From IMG/VR virus record IMGVR_UViG_3300045996_002876, positions 1-64,000 of that record: a DNA stretch of 64,000 nt; one strand, written 5' to 3'. Of the stretch, positions 62,299-64,000 are shown in pieces. Below the pieces are notes generated by a model, which saw only the letters and a program-made list of their open reading frames with translations, ran no database searches and was not told the origin of the DNA. Both the position numbers and the translations under genes were made by a program. Source of the DNA: a virus. Positions within the stretch are counted from its first letter, which is position 1. Each line of letters starts with the position of its first letter.

Positions 62299-63032
62299 GT
62301 TACGCCCCTCTCGTTTTTCAGGAGCCGCCCAAGCCGGAACGTGTCGAGTGGGCACCTTGGGCGATCGACCCCGTCGAGTCTTTTGTTCGGTACGGAACTC
62401 GGGTGGATGAGTGCAAGCCGACATCGCACAAACGCGTAAGCGTGGTGTGCTCCGCCTGCGGAACACGAGACGTTCGAGGGTTCTTGGATGCTCACAGAAA
62501 GCACAGGTGTAACGAACAACGCCCCGGGAAGAAGTGGTGTCCGGGCTGTCGCCAATGGCTACCCGATTGGTTCTACAGCCTGAACAAGAACAGCAAGGAC
62601 GGGCTGTACTCAGTCTGTAAGGGGTGTAACGGGAATCGAGAGTGCGCCTGGAACAAAGAGCGACGAAGGAGGGCCAGGCTCCGGTCCGACCTCCCGTACT
62701 ACTTCCGTAGAAGTCTCAGGAGTTACAAGGGGCGGGCCTCGAAGAAGGGCATCCCGTTTAACCTCGTCGCCGACGATCTGTTGGCCGTTTACGAGAAACA
62801 AAAGGGTCTGTGTTTCTACACCGGAGTCCCGATGAAGTTCCATTCCGGGGCCCTGAAGGCCGACAGCCTGTCCCTGGACCGGGTAGAGCCGCCCCTCGGG
62901 TACGTTTCGTCGAATGTAGTCATGTGTCTCCTCGGGGTCAATTCGTTTAAGCGGGACCTCCCTCTGGCTGACTTCAGGGCTCTGGTACGGACTTCCCTGG
63001 AGGGACTTCACCGCTTTGCGGAGCAAGAGTGA
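62295..63032 (+). CDS. HNH-like (His-Me finger) endonuclease
   Basis: RASKKGIPFNL...Q.G.CFYTG...SLDRV....GY...NV..C...N..K; lower GC. Confidence 0.75.
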   Translation: MSYAPLVFQEPPKPERVEWAPWAIDPVESFVRYGTRVDECKPTSHKRVSVVCSACGTRDVRGFLDAHRKHRCNEQRPGKKWCPGCRQWLPDWFYSLNKNSKDGLYSVCKGCNGNRECAWNKERRRRARLRSDLPYYFRRSLRSYKGRASKKGIPFNLVADDLLAVYEKQKGLCFYTGVPMKFHSGALKADSLSLDRVEPPLGYVSSNVVMCLLGVNSFKRDLPLADFRALVRTSLEGLHRFAEQE

Positions 63033-63541
63033 GCTACCACCGCTTCATAGGGGCGGACCCGGGGAAGAAGGGCGGGCTGTCCGTCCTGAACGCCGGCGGG
63101 ACGCTCCTGGCGTCCCGCCCCATGCCCCTGGACGCCGACGAGAACGTGGATTCGGACGCCGTCTGGGTCTGGGCGTCCGAGTGGACCGACGGGGGAGAGC
63201 TCTCGACCTTCCTGACGGTCGAAAAAACCTGGGCCCGGCCGGGTCAGGGCGTCGTCAGCATGCACACGTTCGGCCTCCAGGCCGGGTACCTGACCGCGGC
63301 CCTCGAGGTGTCCCTCCACCGGAAGGCCCACCTGGTGGCCCCACTGACCTGGATGAGGAGCCTGATGGGCAACGTCGGGGCCGAGGATTCCAAGTCCCTG
63401 GCCCGCGAGTTCGCCCAAAAGACCTGGCCCGCCCACTCCTTCCTGGCCACGAAGCGGTCCCGCAAGCCCCACGAGGGGATGGTCGACGCGGCCCTCATCG
63501 CCCTGTACGGGCTCCGGAACCACCAGGCCCTGGAGAGCTGA
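63029..63541 (+). CDS. ruvC: RuvC-like Holliday junction resolvase
   Basis: IGADPGKKGG, VE, FG, P..W and DAALIA motifs. Confidence 0.8.
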   Translation: MSYHRFIGADPGKKGGLSVLNAGGTLLASRPMPLDADENVDSDAVWVWASEWTDGGELSTFLTVEKTWARPGQGVVSMHTFGLQAGYLTAALEVSLHRKAHLVAPLTWMRSLMGNVGAEDSKSLAREFAQKTWPAHSFLATKRSRKPHEGMVDAALIALYGLRNHQALES

Positions 63542-63545
63542 CCCC

Positions 63546-64000
63546 GTGAGCTACGACCCGCCCGAGAGTGACCCGCCCGCCCCGTCGCCGTCTCAGGACG
63601 GCGACGGGGCCCCGGCCCCCGAGCGGCCCGCGTACGGGGACGAGCGGGACGCCCTGCCCGAGACGGCCGTGTTCCACATGGGCCCCGGCCAGGGCCTTCA
63701 AGAAGTTTCCTTGACGTCCAAGACGGTCGAGGAGAAGAAGGGGACGGCCTCCAAGACTCACAAGCTCCGCCTGTTCTACCAGGAGCGGGCCGCCGAGATC
63801 CTCCAGAAGCGGCTCGACGGGTGGACGATCCGCCAGCTGGCCGCCCACTTCGAGGTCACCCAGGGGACCATCCACAAGGTCCTGACCAAGGAGTACGGGC
63901 GGCTCGAGCGGAACACCCGCGAGACGATGGACCATCTCAAGATGATCCACCGGGAGCGGCTCGAGTTCATGTACAAGGCCCTGGTCCCCCTGATCGCCAA
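63546..64000 (+). CDS. Terminase small subunit-like HTH protein (runs off the window)
   Basis: Translated by hand from GTG 63546: RAAEILQKRLDGWTIRQLAAHFEVTQGTIHK...RERLE.MYKAL. Confidence 0.6.
   Translation, partial: MSYDPPESDPPAPSPSQDGDGAPAPERPAYGDERDALPETAVFHMGPGQGLQEVSLTSKTVEEKKGTASKTHKLRLFYQERAAEILQKRLDGWTIRQLAAHFEVTQGTIHKVLTKEYGRLERNTRETMDHLKMIHRERLEFMYKALVPLIA

Overview
This is most of the genome of a very GC-rich temperate tailed phage (HK97-type head, probably a non-contractile tail). The integrase N-terminus, the cytochrome c-domain proteins and a HEAT-like secreted protein point to a Planctomycetota host (inference). Layout: a palindrome-rich non-coding start (1-560); rightward head, tail, glycosylation and lysis genes plus a three-gene secreted c-type cytochrome cassette (640-27456); a leftward arm with a tyrosine integrase, many small early genes, a metallophosphoesterase, a trypsin-like protease, GroES, HNH nucleases and a YqaJ exonuclease (27540-46623); a divergent switch at about 46620-46806; and a rightward replication and nucleotide-metabolism arm (RecT-like, primase, PolA, Dam, HD, PhoH, dUTPase, RuvC-like) ending in a truncated TerS-like gene. 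The most unusual signal is non-coding. Three minus-strand tRNA-shaped RNAs (34442-34584, 34830-34957, 37336-37458) keep acceptor and T arms but have no canonical anticodon loop and carry large structured inserts. A fourth, weaker cloverleaf lies at 12343-12419. There are also several 200-310 nt structured intergenic elements, a dispersed family of long perfect palindromes with related 5-nt loops, and two repeated operator-like motifs. All folds and family calls were made by eye, without database searches.
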